NCBI GenBank assembly: GCA_951406725.2
Contig: OX597830.1
Coordinates: forward strand, 24,056,001 to 24,120,000
Origin: Octopus vulgaris
Lineage: Eukaryota
Length of the DNA stretch: 64,000 nt
Direction of reading: 5' to 3'
Under the pieces are notes generated by a model. That model had not been told where the DNA came from and searched no databases. It saw only the letters and a list, made by a program, of their open reading frames with translations. The number at the start of each line of letters is the position of its first letter. Within the stretch, counting starts at the first letter, position 1. Below are positions 40,314 through 53,666 of this stretch, in pieces. The position numbers and the translations under genes are program-made.

Positions 40314-41474
40314 GAGTGTCTTGCTATTTAGCTACCACCACCAATTGCAACCGGTGTTGATTTGTTTACGTCCCCGTAACTTAACGGTTCGGAGAAAGAA
40401 TCCGATAGAAAATTACCGGGCATAAAAAAGTACTAAGGACGATTACTTCGCCTAAAACACTTTCCGAGGCGAGGCATGCCCCAACATTGTCGCAAACCAA
40501 TGACTGGTATAAGTAAAAGATAAAATATGAAAAAATATTAATTATACGGAATGCACGCTATGTCGATGCCTTCATTAGATATCAGCTTTATTAAAACGCT
40601 CTCGTTTTTTGATAATACGGGTACCCTAATGATTTTGTATACATTAAGCTTACACTCTTTAGTGCATAGCTTTGTTATTTAAGACGTTTGCTTCCCAACA
40701 TGTGTTTTCCGGCTCGATTCCACTTCTGGTGCATTAGAAAAGTGTTGAAAACCTTGTGAATGAATTTCGATAAACGGAAACTGTGTAGAAGCCTATTGGA
40801 TGGAAGGCTTTAGAATCATCTTCTGAATCTAGCATGCCAATAGCGCAATCCACCAACTTGTATGTCTCGAATCAAAGTTTAACTTTTTCACTTCTTCCCT
40901 CTAAGCTCGAATTTGCGTTCCATCTTTCAGCAACTTGAAGACGTCTGCCTATCAGGTTTCCCCATATATCTGCGCCATGAAGTTCCTCTCAGATATGCTG
41001 GCCCGGGCTGAGTGATACTGCAGTTGTTTTTTGTTATGAAAGACATATTTATGCATGCATGTATGTATGTATGTATGTATGTGTGTATTTATGTATGCAT
41101 GTATGTATGTATTTAGTATGTATGCATGTATGTATGTATGCATGTATGTATGAATGTATGTAAGCTTGCGTGTATGTGTGCGTGTATGTGTGTGTATATT
41201 ATATTATATTACATATATATATATATACCAAACACACACGCATATATATACATACATACAGAAGTAATAGGTGCATACATATGTACATACATTCATGCAT
41301 ATATATTAAGAAATCCAGCAATGTATAATGACGGTTGCTTCCCATAGGTCTCTATAGAAAAAAAATTATTGATAAAAATATACTCATTGACAAGATCTTT
41401 GATCAAAGCCTTGTAACAATGTAAATATCAAATTTAGATGTTATCGTGTGCGTAGCTGTGGGCCGGAAACTTGG

Positions 41475-41845
41475 CATTGGGGTAAGAAGATTGCTTCCAA
41501 ACGTCATTGTTCCGAGTTCAGTTCCACTGCGTGGCAGCTTGGGCAAGTGTCTTCTACAGTAGCCTCGGATCGACCAAAGCTCTGTCAGTGTATTTGGTAG
41601 ACAGAAACTGAAAGAAGCATGTTGTGTGTGTGTGTGTGTGTGTATATGTATATATGTGTGTGTGTTGGTTTGTTTTCGTCTCCATAACTTAGTGGTTCGG
41701 CAAAACAGACCGATAGAATAAGTACCAGGCTTTAATGAAATGAAAATTACTAAGTACTAGGGTTTATTCGTTACACTAAGATCCTTCAAGGCGGTGCCCC
41801 AGCATGGTTGCACTCTAAAGATCCAAACAAGTAGAAAGTAAAAGA
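41475..41845 (+). mobile_element. SINE family A (diverged)
   Basis: GGGCAAGTGTCTTCTAC core and GGCGGTGCCCCAGCATGG tail. Confidence 0.85.
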
Positions 41846-42421
41846 CATTGGTTTTGTATTTATAACCTTTATGCAGAATCAACAACTCAACAAAAATCGG
41901 CTGAAATATAGAGTTACACGTCTAGACTTACACGTCTAGACACCGCACATCGCCCTTAATGCAATTTTTCATTCGATATCGGAGTGGGCAGAATAATTAC
42001 AGTATTGCTTGGAAAGTGATAATGAAATATTTCAAGCAATAAAATTGTTTGACGCTCACTCCAAACCGTTTGCCCGACTACCTACATATAATACTCAACC
42101 GGATCACAGACAGCTGTGCTTGTGCATCAACATCCTCAACAGCAAATGAAACAAAAGACATCCAAGAATATATTAGACCAAGGAGAGTTTATAAAATATG
42201 GGTTTGAAATTTTGGCACAAGTCCAGCAAGGTGGGAGTAGGGGTACCTTTAATTGCAACGAACCCACTGCTTGGAAAAATGAAAGGCAAAATCGACCACG
42301 GTGGAATCTGAACTCAGAAGTAAAGACGGACGAAATGCTGCTAAGCAGAAATGTTATATAATATTAAGTCTCTGCATTTTGGGGTTTACAGTATGATAGT
42401 CACATTGATAGATGCATAATA

Positions 42422-43372
42422 TACGAGGTGGTATCAAAAGGTTCTCCGACTAGTTATACTCTTTTACTCTTAATTGTTTCAGTCATTTGACTGCAGCCAT
42501 GCTGGAACACCGTCATTGATCGAATCAAATCGACCCCAGGACTTATTCTTCGTAAGCCTAGTACTTATTCTATCGGTCTCTTTTGCCGAACCGCTAAGTT
42601 ACGGGGATGTAAACACACCAGCATCGGTTGTCAAGCGTTGTTGTGGGGGACAAACACAGACACAGAAACACAGCCTCGTCTCCTTAAGCTTGCCGATACA
42701 TGTTCAACGCATCTGTAGCAGACTCTTTTACTCTTTTACATGTCTCAGTCATTTGACTGTGGCCATGCTGGAGCATCGTCTTTAGTCGAGCAAATCGACC
42801 TCAGGACTTATTCTTTGTAAGTCTAGTACTTATTCTATTGGTGTCTTTTGCCGAACCGCTAAGTTACGGGGATGTAAACACACCAGCATCGGTTGTGAAG
42901 CGTTGTTGTGGGGACAAACACAGACACAGAAACATATACACACACATACATATACATATACATATATATATATATATATATACACATATATACGACGGGC
43001 TTCCTTCAGTTTCCGTCTACCAAATCCACTCACAAGGTTTTGGTCGGCCCGAGACTATAGTAGAAGACAATTGCCCAAGGTGCCACGCAGTGGGACTGAA
43101 TCCGGAACCATGTGGTTCGTAAGCAAGCTACTTACCACACAGCCACTCCTATACCTCAAGTGTAGCACAAAATTTTTTCCAGCTTCCTGTCCATGACAAA
43201 AATCACAGACTACAGCATACACGTGAGCACAGAACACAAACTTCACAACTTGCAAAGTAAACGGCCTCAGGAAGGTCGTTGCTAGTTCTCACTTCGCAGG
43301 AAAACCATGTGCTGCCATCTGTTGCCGTGCAACAGAACTAGCTCGGGAACTTTTTGACACCACCACCCCATA
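42422..43372. mobile_element. Mariner-type MITE interrupted by SINE A copies
   Basis: TIRs TACGAGGTGGTATCAAAAGGTTCTCCGACTAGTT (42422) and AACTAGCTCGGGAACTTTTTGACACCACC (~43336-43364). Confidence 0.65.
42458..43155 (-). mobile_element. SINE family A: a 3' half copy (42458-42670) and a full copy (42723-43155)
   Basis: Direct match to the family. Confidence 0.9.
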
Positions 43373-43779
43373 ACGGAAACGATATACATATTGAATATAC
43401 CTGGTCATTTACCTGATCATCTCCTATCAGGGCGTCTCTCCTATTTTACTTAACCTGTGGGTAAAGGACATGCTGGAACATTAACGACGGCAACAAAAAC
43501 AATATTAATAACGGAAACAACAAGAATAACAACATTAATAGAATGAACAACAACAAAAGCAACATCCGTTTTGTTGTCTCGGTGGAGCGAAATTATAAAT
43601 TTCTATTTATCCTCTCCAACATTCCTGCTTCGAAACAAGAACACGAGAACCGAGAAATTCTTAATATATTCGAGTGAAGGGTGAGTGACTGTATAAGGAG
43701 TGTGTGCATAGCTGTAGATATGTGTGTATATAATGTACATATATGCATACATTTATGGATTCACACTATGTATATGTAC

Positions 43780-43844
<65 letters not shown>

Positions 43845-44281
43845 TACACATATAATATATATATGTATATATATACATATATATATATGAGATATATATA
43901 TATATATATACATACATGCATACATTTATGGATACACAGCATGTATATGTGTTTGTATATATATATATATATACATATATATGCATTTATGTATATATAT
44001 ATGTATGTATGTATGTATATATATATATCTATATCTATATATATATATATATATATATACAAATACATATGTTTGTATGTGTGTGCGTGTATGTATGTGT
44101 GTATAAATATATGTACACACACACACTCACTCACACACACACTCACTCACACACACATATATATATATAATCAAACGAAAGAAAAGAAAGAGGAAATAGT
44201 TCAATTCCCAGTTCGATTATTTTAATTCTCTTTCAATCAACTCCAACATCTTGAATTAAACAATGATTTTTTTTTTCCTGT

Positions 44282-44430
<149 letters not shown>

Positions 44431-44622
44431 ATCATTCTGCTCTTCCAACATACTGAACTTTCCTTCTCGACATCTTCCCTGTTGCTTTCTTTCTGTCTTA
44501 TTCTCCTCCTTTGTGATTTTTTTCGCTCTGTTTTGATTTTGTTCATATTTTATTTTATTCTTGCTCTTGCAATACATACGTCATACGTAGAGCACAAATA
44601 CACGCGCAACGCATCATATCGG

Positions 44623-44675
<53 letters not shown>

Positions 44676-44685
44676 ATTTTTTTTT

Positions 44686-44730
<45 letters not shown>

Positions 44731-44924
44731 TTGTATATCCATATACAAGCATATTTATATATATATATATATATACTTGTATATCCATATACAAGCATAT
44801 ACACGGGGACATAACAGAAACGTACAAAGTCACTCGGAGGCAGTGTATATAAGGCAGTGTATATACTTTTATGCCGACACACATGCTCTTACATACTTTC
44901 GAACATACGTACACATACCGTTAA

Positions 44925-44974
<50 letters not shown>

Positions 44975-45012
44975 TATATACGTATACATACATACAATAT
45001 ACATATATATAT

Positions 45013-45056
<44 letters not shown>

Positions 45057-45631
45057 ATATATATATGTATATGTATATATATATACATATATATATATGT
45101 ATGTATATATGTATACATATATATGTATGCATGTATGCGTGTATATGTGTATACACAAACATAGATATATATACATACATACATATATGCATATATATAT
45201 ATATATATTTATATGCGTATATATGTTTGTATTCATGTATGGATAAATTAGCATTTGTAACTTACCTCCCTTCATCGTTAGTTTCATTTACTCCCCTATA
45301 ATTTCCTCTCCCTTGTGTGTTTGCTTCGCTTCTCTTTAATTCTTGTTTAACGTCAACATTATTTTGTTGTTTTTTTTCTGTTCTTGTTTTCTTTCCTTCT
45401 TTTATAAACTTATTCAAACCGTTGTATCAGAAATTCTTGCAGAAGTTAGATTGATTTTTTCCTCCTCCTCCTCCACTTCATTCCTCACCACTGTAAGTCT
45501 TTGAAGGTAGTCAGCACTTCAGACGTTTCTGAATTCTGTGTTTTCATGTGAGCGTGTATATGTGTGAGTAATGCAAACATACTTACATGCACACATACAT
45601 ACATACATACATACATACATACATACATACA

Positions 45632-45667
<36 letters not shown>

Positions 45668-45757
45668 TATAATATATAAATATATATATCGATATATATG
45701 TGTATGTATATGTGTGCATATGTTTGTGTGTGTGATATCAATACATATATATGTACG

Positions 45758-45831
<74 letters not shown>

Positions 45832-46109
45832 ATGAAAGAAGAAAAGGTACTCTTGCTCAGAAAATATTATCGCATCTGATACCCATGAGCAGGGCTGAAC
45901 TACGGACCCCCAAATCATATCTATTGATGGAATTCACTACTTCTCAGAATTTCTTGTGGTGAAATCAAAATTAGAACCACATCCTAAATACTGTTTCATC
46001 ACTGCCGAACCAGGGCGTATTGCCGTTTTATGCGGATCGGTATATTTTTTGCACGCAAGTATCAAAGACAGTATCCAAAAATGGACCATCAACGGATCGT
46101 TATAATAGT

Positions 46110-46325
46110 GATTTCAATTTTTGGCACTAGGCCAACAGTTCCGGGAAATGGCGCTACGTCGGTTACATCGACCCCAGGGCTGAACAGCTACGTATTTTAT
46201 CGACCCCGTAAGGATGAAAGGCAAAATTGACCTCGGCAGAATTTGAACTCAGAACGTTCAGTCGGACGAAAGGCCGCTAAGCATTTTTTTATGGTCTGCC
46301 CATGAATATACCAGCTCATTGCCTT
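46110..46325 (-). mobile_element. SINE family B
   Basis: TTTTATCGACCCCGTAAGGATGAAAGGCAAAATTGACCTCGGCAGAATTTGAACTCAG. Confidence 0.82.
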
Positions 46326-46821
46326 AAACTGATCGTCATAATATTACTCACAGACACGGTCCAACTTCTGATCTGCCGGTGTGATGTTTCCTCTCCCTAA
46401 TATTTTTCTTCTGTAATTTTTGTGGCCCCTGCTATTCAGCACTGATTTGGCTAATGCATCACTCTAACCGCATCACTCTAAGCTCTATGTGAAATAATTT
46501 GTTTGCCAAAACATCGGTCTTCTGAAATTCAGCGCTTCTTAATGACTTTCTGCGCAGCTGAATATTTGCAACCTTCATGAGGCGTATGAATGTCACTAAT
46601 TTTACCACTTTTCCAGACACAACAAGCAAATATGTGTGCATGTGTGTGTGTGTGCGTGAGTGTGTGCATATGTGAGAAGAGAGAAGGAGAGATAGAGAGA
46701 GAGAAAAAACAGCTATAGAAATATATTGCTCCAGTATGGCCGCAGTCAAATGACTTAAACAAGTAAAAGAATAATAAAAGAGAGAGAGAGAGAGAGAGGT
46801 GGGCAGAGAGACACACACACA

Positions 46822-47015
<194 letters not shown>

Positions 47016-47990
47016 CACAGACAGAGAGAAACTTACACAACGTACACATATTTATACATGTTTGCATTCAGAAATATGTACACATACTCACATATACACG
47101 CACATACGCACGTGCAACTGAATATTTAATAATATATTACATATACTACATAACAACGTATATTTCTATATCACCCTATGTTTCTTCAATTCCATATAAG
47201 TTCTTAAAGCCTCATAACTTTATGCCAATTAATCTGCAGTAGACACAAGTAATTTTAACATTATTTCTATGATTTCCAGACTTTCTCTGATTTGTTGTAA
47301 CTTACTATAACATGATAGCTTCACAACACTACAACTGTCTGCAACTTAATTAAATTTTTAACTCATAAATTTACTCACAACTTTTACTGATATACATTTT
47401 CTAATACGTTATCGGTTAAATTTTAAGCTCTTGAAACTATTTACATACCCGTAAATTTACATATAATGTCAGTGACATTCCTTATTTTTTATAGTTAAAC
47501 TACCACAATTTTTACATCTATTAACTGTACTTGGTATTACTCACCTTCATCGAAATGTGCGCTATCAGATCATAGTTCTAGATCTATTTTCAAATTTATT
47601 CGTCTTTAAGTTAATATAATTTAGTTTTTCTTTACATCTCAATATATCTAAATGTATACCTGATGTCTAAATACATGTAATTACACTGCTAACTGTTTTC
47701 AAATGAATTACTGTATATGTATCTACATTATACAAATTCCATGTACAGTGATTTACGCAGCCGTTATTAATATATACATATCGGTCTTTGCCATTACCTT
47801 GGACAACGTCGGTGGTGTGGAGAGGAGAAGCTGGTATGAATGGCACCTGCTGATCTTCCATAACAAACCTAGGTTGTGTGTTCGCCGTTGAGCCGACATT
47901 CTGCCCAGACTTGTACTCCAGAGGGGATTCTCTTAGGTGCACCCATAATCATTCGTAACCGACGGAGTCGAGTTTTTAGTTTATATATAT

Positions 47991-48363
47991 CAGGTACGTG
48001 CCGGCAGTAATTACTCAGAGTAGGCAGTTGGTGAACTTTATGTAGTAAAACACACAAAAAATGAGCGAAACACAGTCGCGCGAATGAGTTCAAGAAGATT
48101 TACCTCTGCCTTTCTAACACGAAAAGAAAACGGTGTTATAGGAGTGTACGCAGCATGTGTACTACAGCAGTACTATACGTAGCTTAAATACTGATATTGT
48201 AAAGCAGGGGCGAATTATACCTATTTAATATACAAAAAATAAAATATTTTGCATTTTATGCATAATAATCAGAGCAACGTTCATAATTTTATTGAATTAG
48301 GTGCATATTTTGCCATAAAACGAAAATGTTGCTATCGATCTTTTTATTCAAGGTGGCGCGTAC

Positions 48364-48366
<3 letters not shown>
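47991..48366. mobile_element. Short-TIR non-autonomous DNA transposon
   Basis: CAGGTACGTGCC ... GGCGCGTACCTG (11/12 inverted match), flanked by ATAT on both sides. Confidence 0.55.
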
Positions 48367-48424
<58 letters not shown>

Positions 48425-48575
48425 CTGATATATCTATTCACTCCTTCTCTACATCTGCATATACCCATCCTTATACACATCTCAGAATTAATATTATTCT
48501 ATGGAAGAAGCCTCTAGATTTCATCCCCGATTTATTTGCTTTCTCATTGCACATACATACATAATACATAGATAC

Positions 48576-48606
<31 letters not shown>

Positions 48607-48769
48607 GGGGGCGTCTGCCACTGATGTCATATAGTTGAATGAATTATCCTAGTATGGATAATTCGGTTAACCGATACCCGGGTAGCAAATTTACGTCAGA
48701 AAGCACGGTTGAAGCTACATGCCAAGGGCAGAAATCACGTGCTTTCGTGTGGAAATTTGTGTGTTATTT

Positions 48770-50538
48770 TACTATAAATAAATGAAAGAATGGAGTCGAA
48801 CAACGATTTAACAAAATTCCTTTATTCTCAACATATGTTTCGAAGACTGCATATTCTCAATTCCGAAGGAATAAAGGGTGCATTATGCCGCCTTCTCATC
48901 AGGAAAGACAAGGAACTTTTGTCAGCATCATGACGAACAAAAACTTTTAGATAACTGCCCACACGGAGTCCATAGTGATAATGAGTGTTTCTTTAAAATA
49001 TTCCGTTATAAGCAGTGACGTCAAAATTGGTTGGATGGAGAAGATTCTAAAAAGTTCAAGAGTTCAAAAATGGTTGGAAGGGGTAAGTTTTAAGAATAGG
49101 AGGGTGACAGAGTGCAAGTCGTATGTATGGTGATGCGTTGTTGTTTGCTTTTGCTAATGAGATCGAGTGCCTATGTGTGTATATGTATATAACTGCATTC
49201 GTGTCTATGTGTGTATGTGTGTGCGTGATTGTGTGTGTGTGTGGGGGGGGGATAAATGCCAAATACATCTAGTGGTGAAGTGACAGGATTGTGTCTGTGT
49301 GTTTGATTGTGCTTATGATAGAGAGAGGGGGAGAGGTAGAGAGACAAAGGTAGAACATACCCCAACGAATTTGGTAGTCGCCCTTCATGTAGCGGAGTAT
49401 AAAAAAATTTGTCTATGGTGTTGTTGTAGAAGTGGAACCACATTATTAAATTCAAGGAGGTTATCTATATTAATCATCATTCATATGAGTGGAAGGTGTG
49501 TTTCTGCCAGTGCATGCATTTTTCTACCATTGTGTTTACTAAAGGGAATTTGGCGAAAAGTATATAGAAAAGCTCGGAATTACAGACGGCACAATATTTT
49601 CTGCCCTTATCAAAAGGAAAGGATACAGACAATATGGACCATTCCAGCTTGAAAGTTATATTGCTGTCCTTAAGACGCCAAACTAATTTACTTAGTCCTG
49701 TACTTTGTTGTTTTCTCTTATCTCGGAAAGTTGAATAATGATTGGAAATCCTCTGGGATAATTTAGAAGTAGTCGCCCCAATATAGAAGAAGACACCGGT
49801 ACCGGAAGAAACTTTACACTGGTAAATGGAATTTCTAATTTTGGAATTACTGGACAAGAACTTTAATCTTTTAGGGTTTACCTCCGAGACTAAGACAGAG
49901 TTTTTATTGTTATGATTGCTGTTAATATTATTGCTAGCACTGACCACTATACTATTTCTATTATTGTTATTATTATTAATTGTACTATCGCCGGCAATAT
50001 CCTTGACTATAAAAATGCTGCCATTGTTATCATCAATACTATCTCTGTTATTAGAAATGCTGTCGTTGTTACCACTAACACTACCGACTAATATTATTAC
50101 TAATATTCCCATTGTTAATGCCAACGCTGTTATGAATGTTGCTATTATCAATACTATTTCTATTATTATTATTGTATGTTTGGTTGGAATTGGTAATAAT
50201 AGTGTTGTAACTCCCGGGTGAAGAATCCTTGTTTAGCAGCTTGTTATCATGGGAGGCAATAATTTTGCGATAGATTTCTAGTGTTAGAGAATGCAATCCT
50301 TACCTTATGCGAATTGATAGTAGAGTAATATCTAGAATTCCTGGGAAAGTTCCTAGCTACGGCTTCACGGAACTGCAAAGGAAGGTTTGACTTGATTTGT
50401 TTTCCGAAAAGTATGACAAACCAGATATAGTTTTTTGTGGACTTAGAATTGTTCAAAGTGTTACCAGTTACATTAAAGGGAATATTTCTGTGCTGGAAAA
50501 TTGGGGTTGGTTGCCGATTGCCTCCCCTGGTCCGTAAA
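48770..50538 (-). mobile_element. Penelope-like element 3' fragment (thumb, Asn-rich linker, GIY-YIG, 3' pLTR)
   Basis: ORF 49477-50151 has IYQCKVSSGTGVFFYIGATTSKLSQRISNHYSTF...STGLSKLVWRLK...CAVCNSE. Upstream frameshifted NFPRNSRYYS segment is shared with 23466-23807. Lies between (TA)n tracts. Confidence 0.9.
48817..48915 (-). ncRNA. Type I hammerhead ribozyme, canonical core
   Basis: Minus strand TTCCTT..TTTC-CTGATGA-GAAGGC...GTCTTC-GAAA-CATATGT-T-GAGA..AAGGAA; ACATATGT palindrome; GUU triplet. Confidence 0.8.
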
Positions 50539-50555
50539 TTATATATATATATATA

Positions 50556-50886
50556 TCGCGTGGCTCAGTGGTTAGAGCGTCGAGCTTACGATCGTGAGGT
50601 TGTGAGCTCGATTCCCAGACTGGGCTGCGTGTTGTGTTCATGAGCAAGACGCTTTATTTCACGTTGCTCCAGTTCACTCAGCTGTAGAAATGAGTTGCGA
50701 CGTCACAGGTGCCAAGCTGTATCGGCCCTTGCCTTTCCCTTGGATAACGCTGGTGACGTGGAGAGGGGAGGCCGGTATGCATGGGCGACTGCTGGTCTTC
50801 CATAAAAACAACCTTGCCCAGACTTGTGGCTCAGAGGGTAACTCTCTAGGTGCAAGCCCATGGTCAGTGTCTGACCGAAGGGGGTC
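50556..50886 (+). mobile_element. tRNA-derived SINE family C
   Basis: A box GTGGCTCAGTGG, B box GCTCGATTCC, GAGCAAGACGCTTTATTTCACGTTGCTCCAG; homologous to 63443-63778 and 47780-47965. Confidence 0.88.
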
Positions 50887-50896
50887 ACATATATAT

Positions 50897-50933
<37 letters not shown>

Positions 50934-51068
50934 AAATATATATATGTATATATGTATATATGTATGTATGGGTATAGAATGTCACCAACTGTGTGAACAA
51001 TATGAAGTACGAAAACAAACGAGTTAAGCACGCAAAGGACGAGAGAAAAAATGGAAAACAGGACAAGT

Positions 51069-52150
51069 AATACGGAAATTCTACATTTGGAATTTCCCAA
51101 TACATAAAAGAGAATTGGAAAAGATTCATGGACGACTGTTTCATACTCTAGATTGAAAAAACAGACAAACTTCTGGAGTTCAATAGACTGTTGAACAACG
51201 TCAACCCAAACATACAATCCACAATGGAATACAACTAAAAGGAACTCCCATTCTTGGATATATTAGTTAAAAAAATAAACCTAAAGATAGAAGCGGACAT
51301 ATTTTACAAAACCACAGACGCCAAACAATCAGGCCACCCAAGACACACCAGAACAAACATCCCCTTCAACCTTGCAAGAAGGATATGCACCATAGTGTCA
51401 GGAAAAAAATACCAGAGACTTTAGACTGCAAGAACTCAACCCACCCCCATTGACGGACACTGCCCAATTCAACTCATAGAGGATGAAATCAGATGTGCAA
51501 CACAAATCGACATAAAAACCTCAAGAAAAGTTTAGATGCAGATGCACTCTGCACCGACAACAGATTGCATTCCCAGAATACAGAATGATACCCTTTAGTG
51601 AACACATTAAGAAATACGTAAAGAAACTGCTACCACAATCTGTAATCATTCAGTTTTATCAATGTAGCGTTGGAATACCAACACAGGTTAGATTAAATAA
51701 GGAAACCCACTTCATTGAAAAATATAAGCCAAAACTTAACCATTTCCAGCATTTTTAAATAAGGAAACCTACATCATTGAAAAAAAAAGAAAAAAAGAAA
51801 AACCAAAACTTAACCACTTCTAACATTTTATTCTATCAAAACCAAATCAAGTTAAATTAACAAAACCTAATCATTCCCAAAATATTTCATTATCTCCCTT
51901 ATACCGAAAAAAATCCATGATTACCTTCCACTGTTTGGAAATCTACATCACACGATAGCGAAGAGATGACACAATATCAGTAAAAAATTTGAGAAATTTG
52001 AAAAGAAAATGCGAAACCGGTTATTTCTCCATAAACAATATGACTTTTCACAAAATTTTATAACTTTTTCTTAACATGACGATTTTAATATATCTTTTAA
52101 CCATATAATACAAGTCATCGGTAGTTTTTTCATTCTATTTTCTTTTTTAT
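51069..52150 (+). mobile_element. Degenerate Penelope-like element (RT and endonuclease C-terminus, 3' pLTR)
   Basis: Translates WKRFMDDCFIL, ELPFLDILV, IFYKTTDAKQ, HPRHTRTNIPFNLARRICTIV and RLNKETHFIEKYKPKLN, with stops and deletions. Confidence 0.85.
51991..52029 (+). ncRNA. Minimal hammerhead, U3-A8 core, weakened stem II
   Basis: GAGAAAT-TTGAAAA-GAAAATGC-GAAA-CCGGT-T-ATTTCTC. Confidence 0.65.
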
Positions 52151-52303
52151 ATATACAGGCAGTATCTCCTTGAAAAATTTAGTTACGGCTATGTTGTTGT
52201 AGGTACAACATGTTCTTTGTCTATCTCCTTAAGTTCTTGGAGATTTTAGGTATAATTATACTTATGTGTCCATTTGCTCTAATTTGATAAAATTCTGTCT
52301 TTG

Positions 52304-52391
52304 TGCAGTTGAAGATTGCTCTACATTTTAAATCCATGTAAATGATTACATTGTTCAATCAAATGAAGGTGCATGAAACGATCGTACTGCA
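52304..52391 (+). ncRNA. Type I hammerhead motif, C3U variant
   Basis: TGCAG-TTGAAGA-TTGCTCT...AGGTGCAT-GAAA-CGATCGT-A-CTGCA; ACGATCGT palindrome. A partial GAAACGATCGTA recurs at ~52766. Confidence 0.65.
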
Positions 52392-52542
52392 TTACTTCTG
52401 GATATCCTTGTTGCTTCTTTTGATTTTAAACATCTTATTTTGAAATAGTATGGATAATACCGTACTAAATTCTGGTGCCTCAATTGAAGTACCATATTCA
52501 TCTGAATCTAATTTTTTGCTGAATTCATCTATCATACATAAA

Positions 52543-52597
<55 letters not shown>

Positions 52598-53554
52598 ATC
52601 TAAATTTTGCTTTATCTGCCTTGAATTTTCTTCAGTTACTTATTCTCGCTTTAGTACATGATACAAATACAAAGTTTTATATTCTTTGATATATGAATTA
52701 TCACTACAATCATCCAGCATCTATGCAGTATTATCAATGCAATTGATAATATTTCGTTTAGATTGAAACGATCGTAGTCATATATATTTATATGTATATA
52801 TTTCTGTGTGAGTGTGTGTATGTAAACCCATACATACTTGATATAATAAGGAAAAGCATAATCTAGACCATCCTACGATGGAAACTAGTCAGGTACAAAT
52901 ATGTGAAAATATATAGATCTATTTTGCTTGGAAATAGAAATGTTTATAACAGTTGCGTAGAGATAATATTATATGTCCATGCAATGTTTTCTTCCAATAG
53001 CCGAAGCAAGAGTGCAGTTGAAATTTATAGTTTGTGTAACAAAGTTTGTCTTCCCCTGTTGAAATGCTGTGATTTTCAATTAACCTGTCTGTGATTGTAA
53101 AGTCTTACTTTCGTTTTGGTATTCATGGCAAAATTAGACGGCAAATATTTCAAGCGAACAAAAGTATTCGATACTCGCGACAACGTTTCAGCCATTCAGT
53201 AGATTCTTTACTATATCGGCTACAATTCCCAAATAGATTTTTCTCCTTTCTTTTGCAGCTGCTAAACATATTTCATGGACATGTCATTTTATCCAGATTA
53301 CAATAACCAGAGAAAATTTTTTGTACAGATTTTAGAATGCAGTGTCCTTTCAACGTTTTATATGTGGAAGATGTGTTCTCGCTTCCAAAAACAAAGAAGC
53401 CCTTGCGTCTCACAGAAGATACAAATACGAAAAGGTGAAGGACAAACAAGGAAGAACAATTCTTTGGCCTTCATGTATCGAACGTGATGAGAGGGTCCAT
53501 CATAAATGTGTGTGTGTATATATATATATATATACATGTGTGTATGTATGTATG

Positions 53555-53606
<52 letters not shown>

Positions 53607-53666
53607 ATGCATTTTCACCACGCATTTTGTAGTATATTTTTCAATATGTTTTATGTCCATTTAATA

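Noticed and set aside
50556-50630. tRNA-like sequence with A and B boxes
   Set aside because: It is the head of a SINE (the body continues and recurs at 63443); there is no proper acceptor stem. The same applies to the other SINE heads.
52870-52892. CATC-CTAC-GATG-GAAA-CTAGTC half-hammerhead
   Set aside because: The 5' core and stem I are missing.
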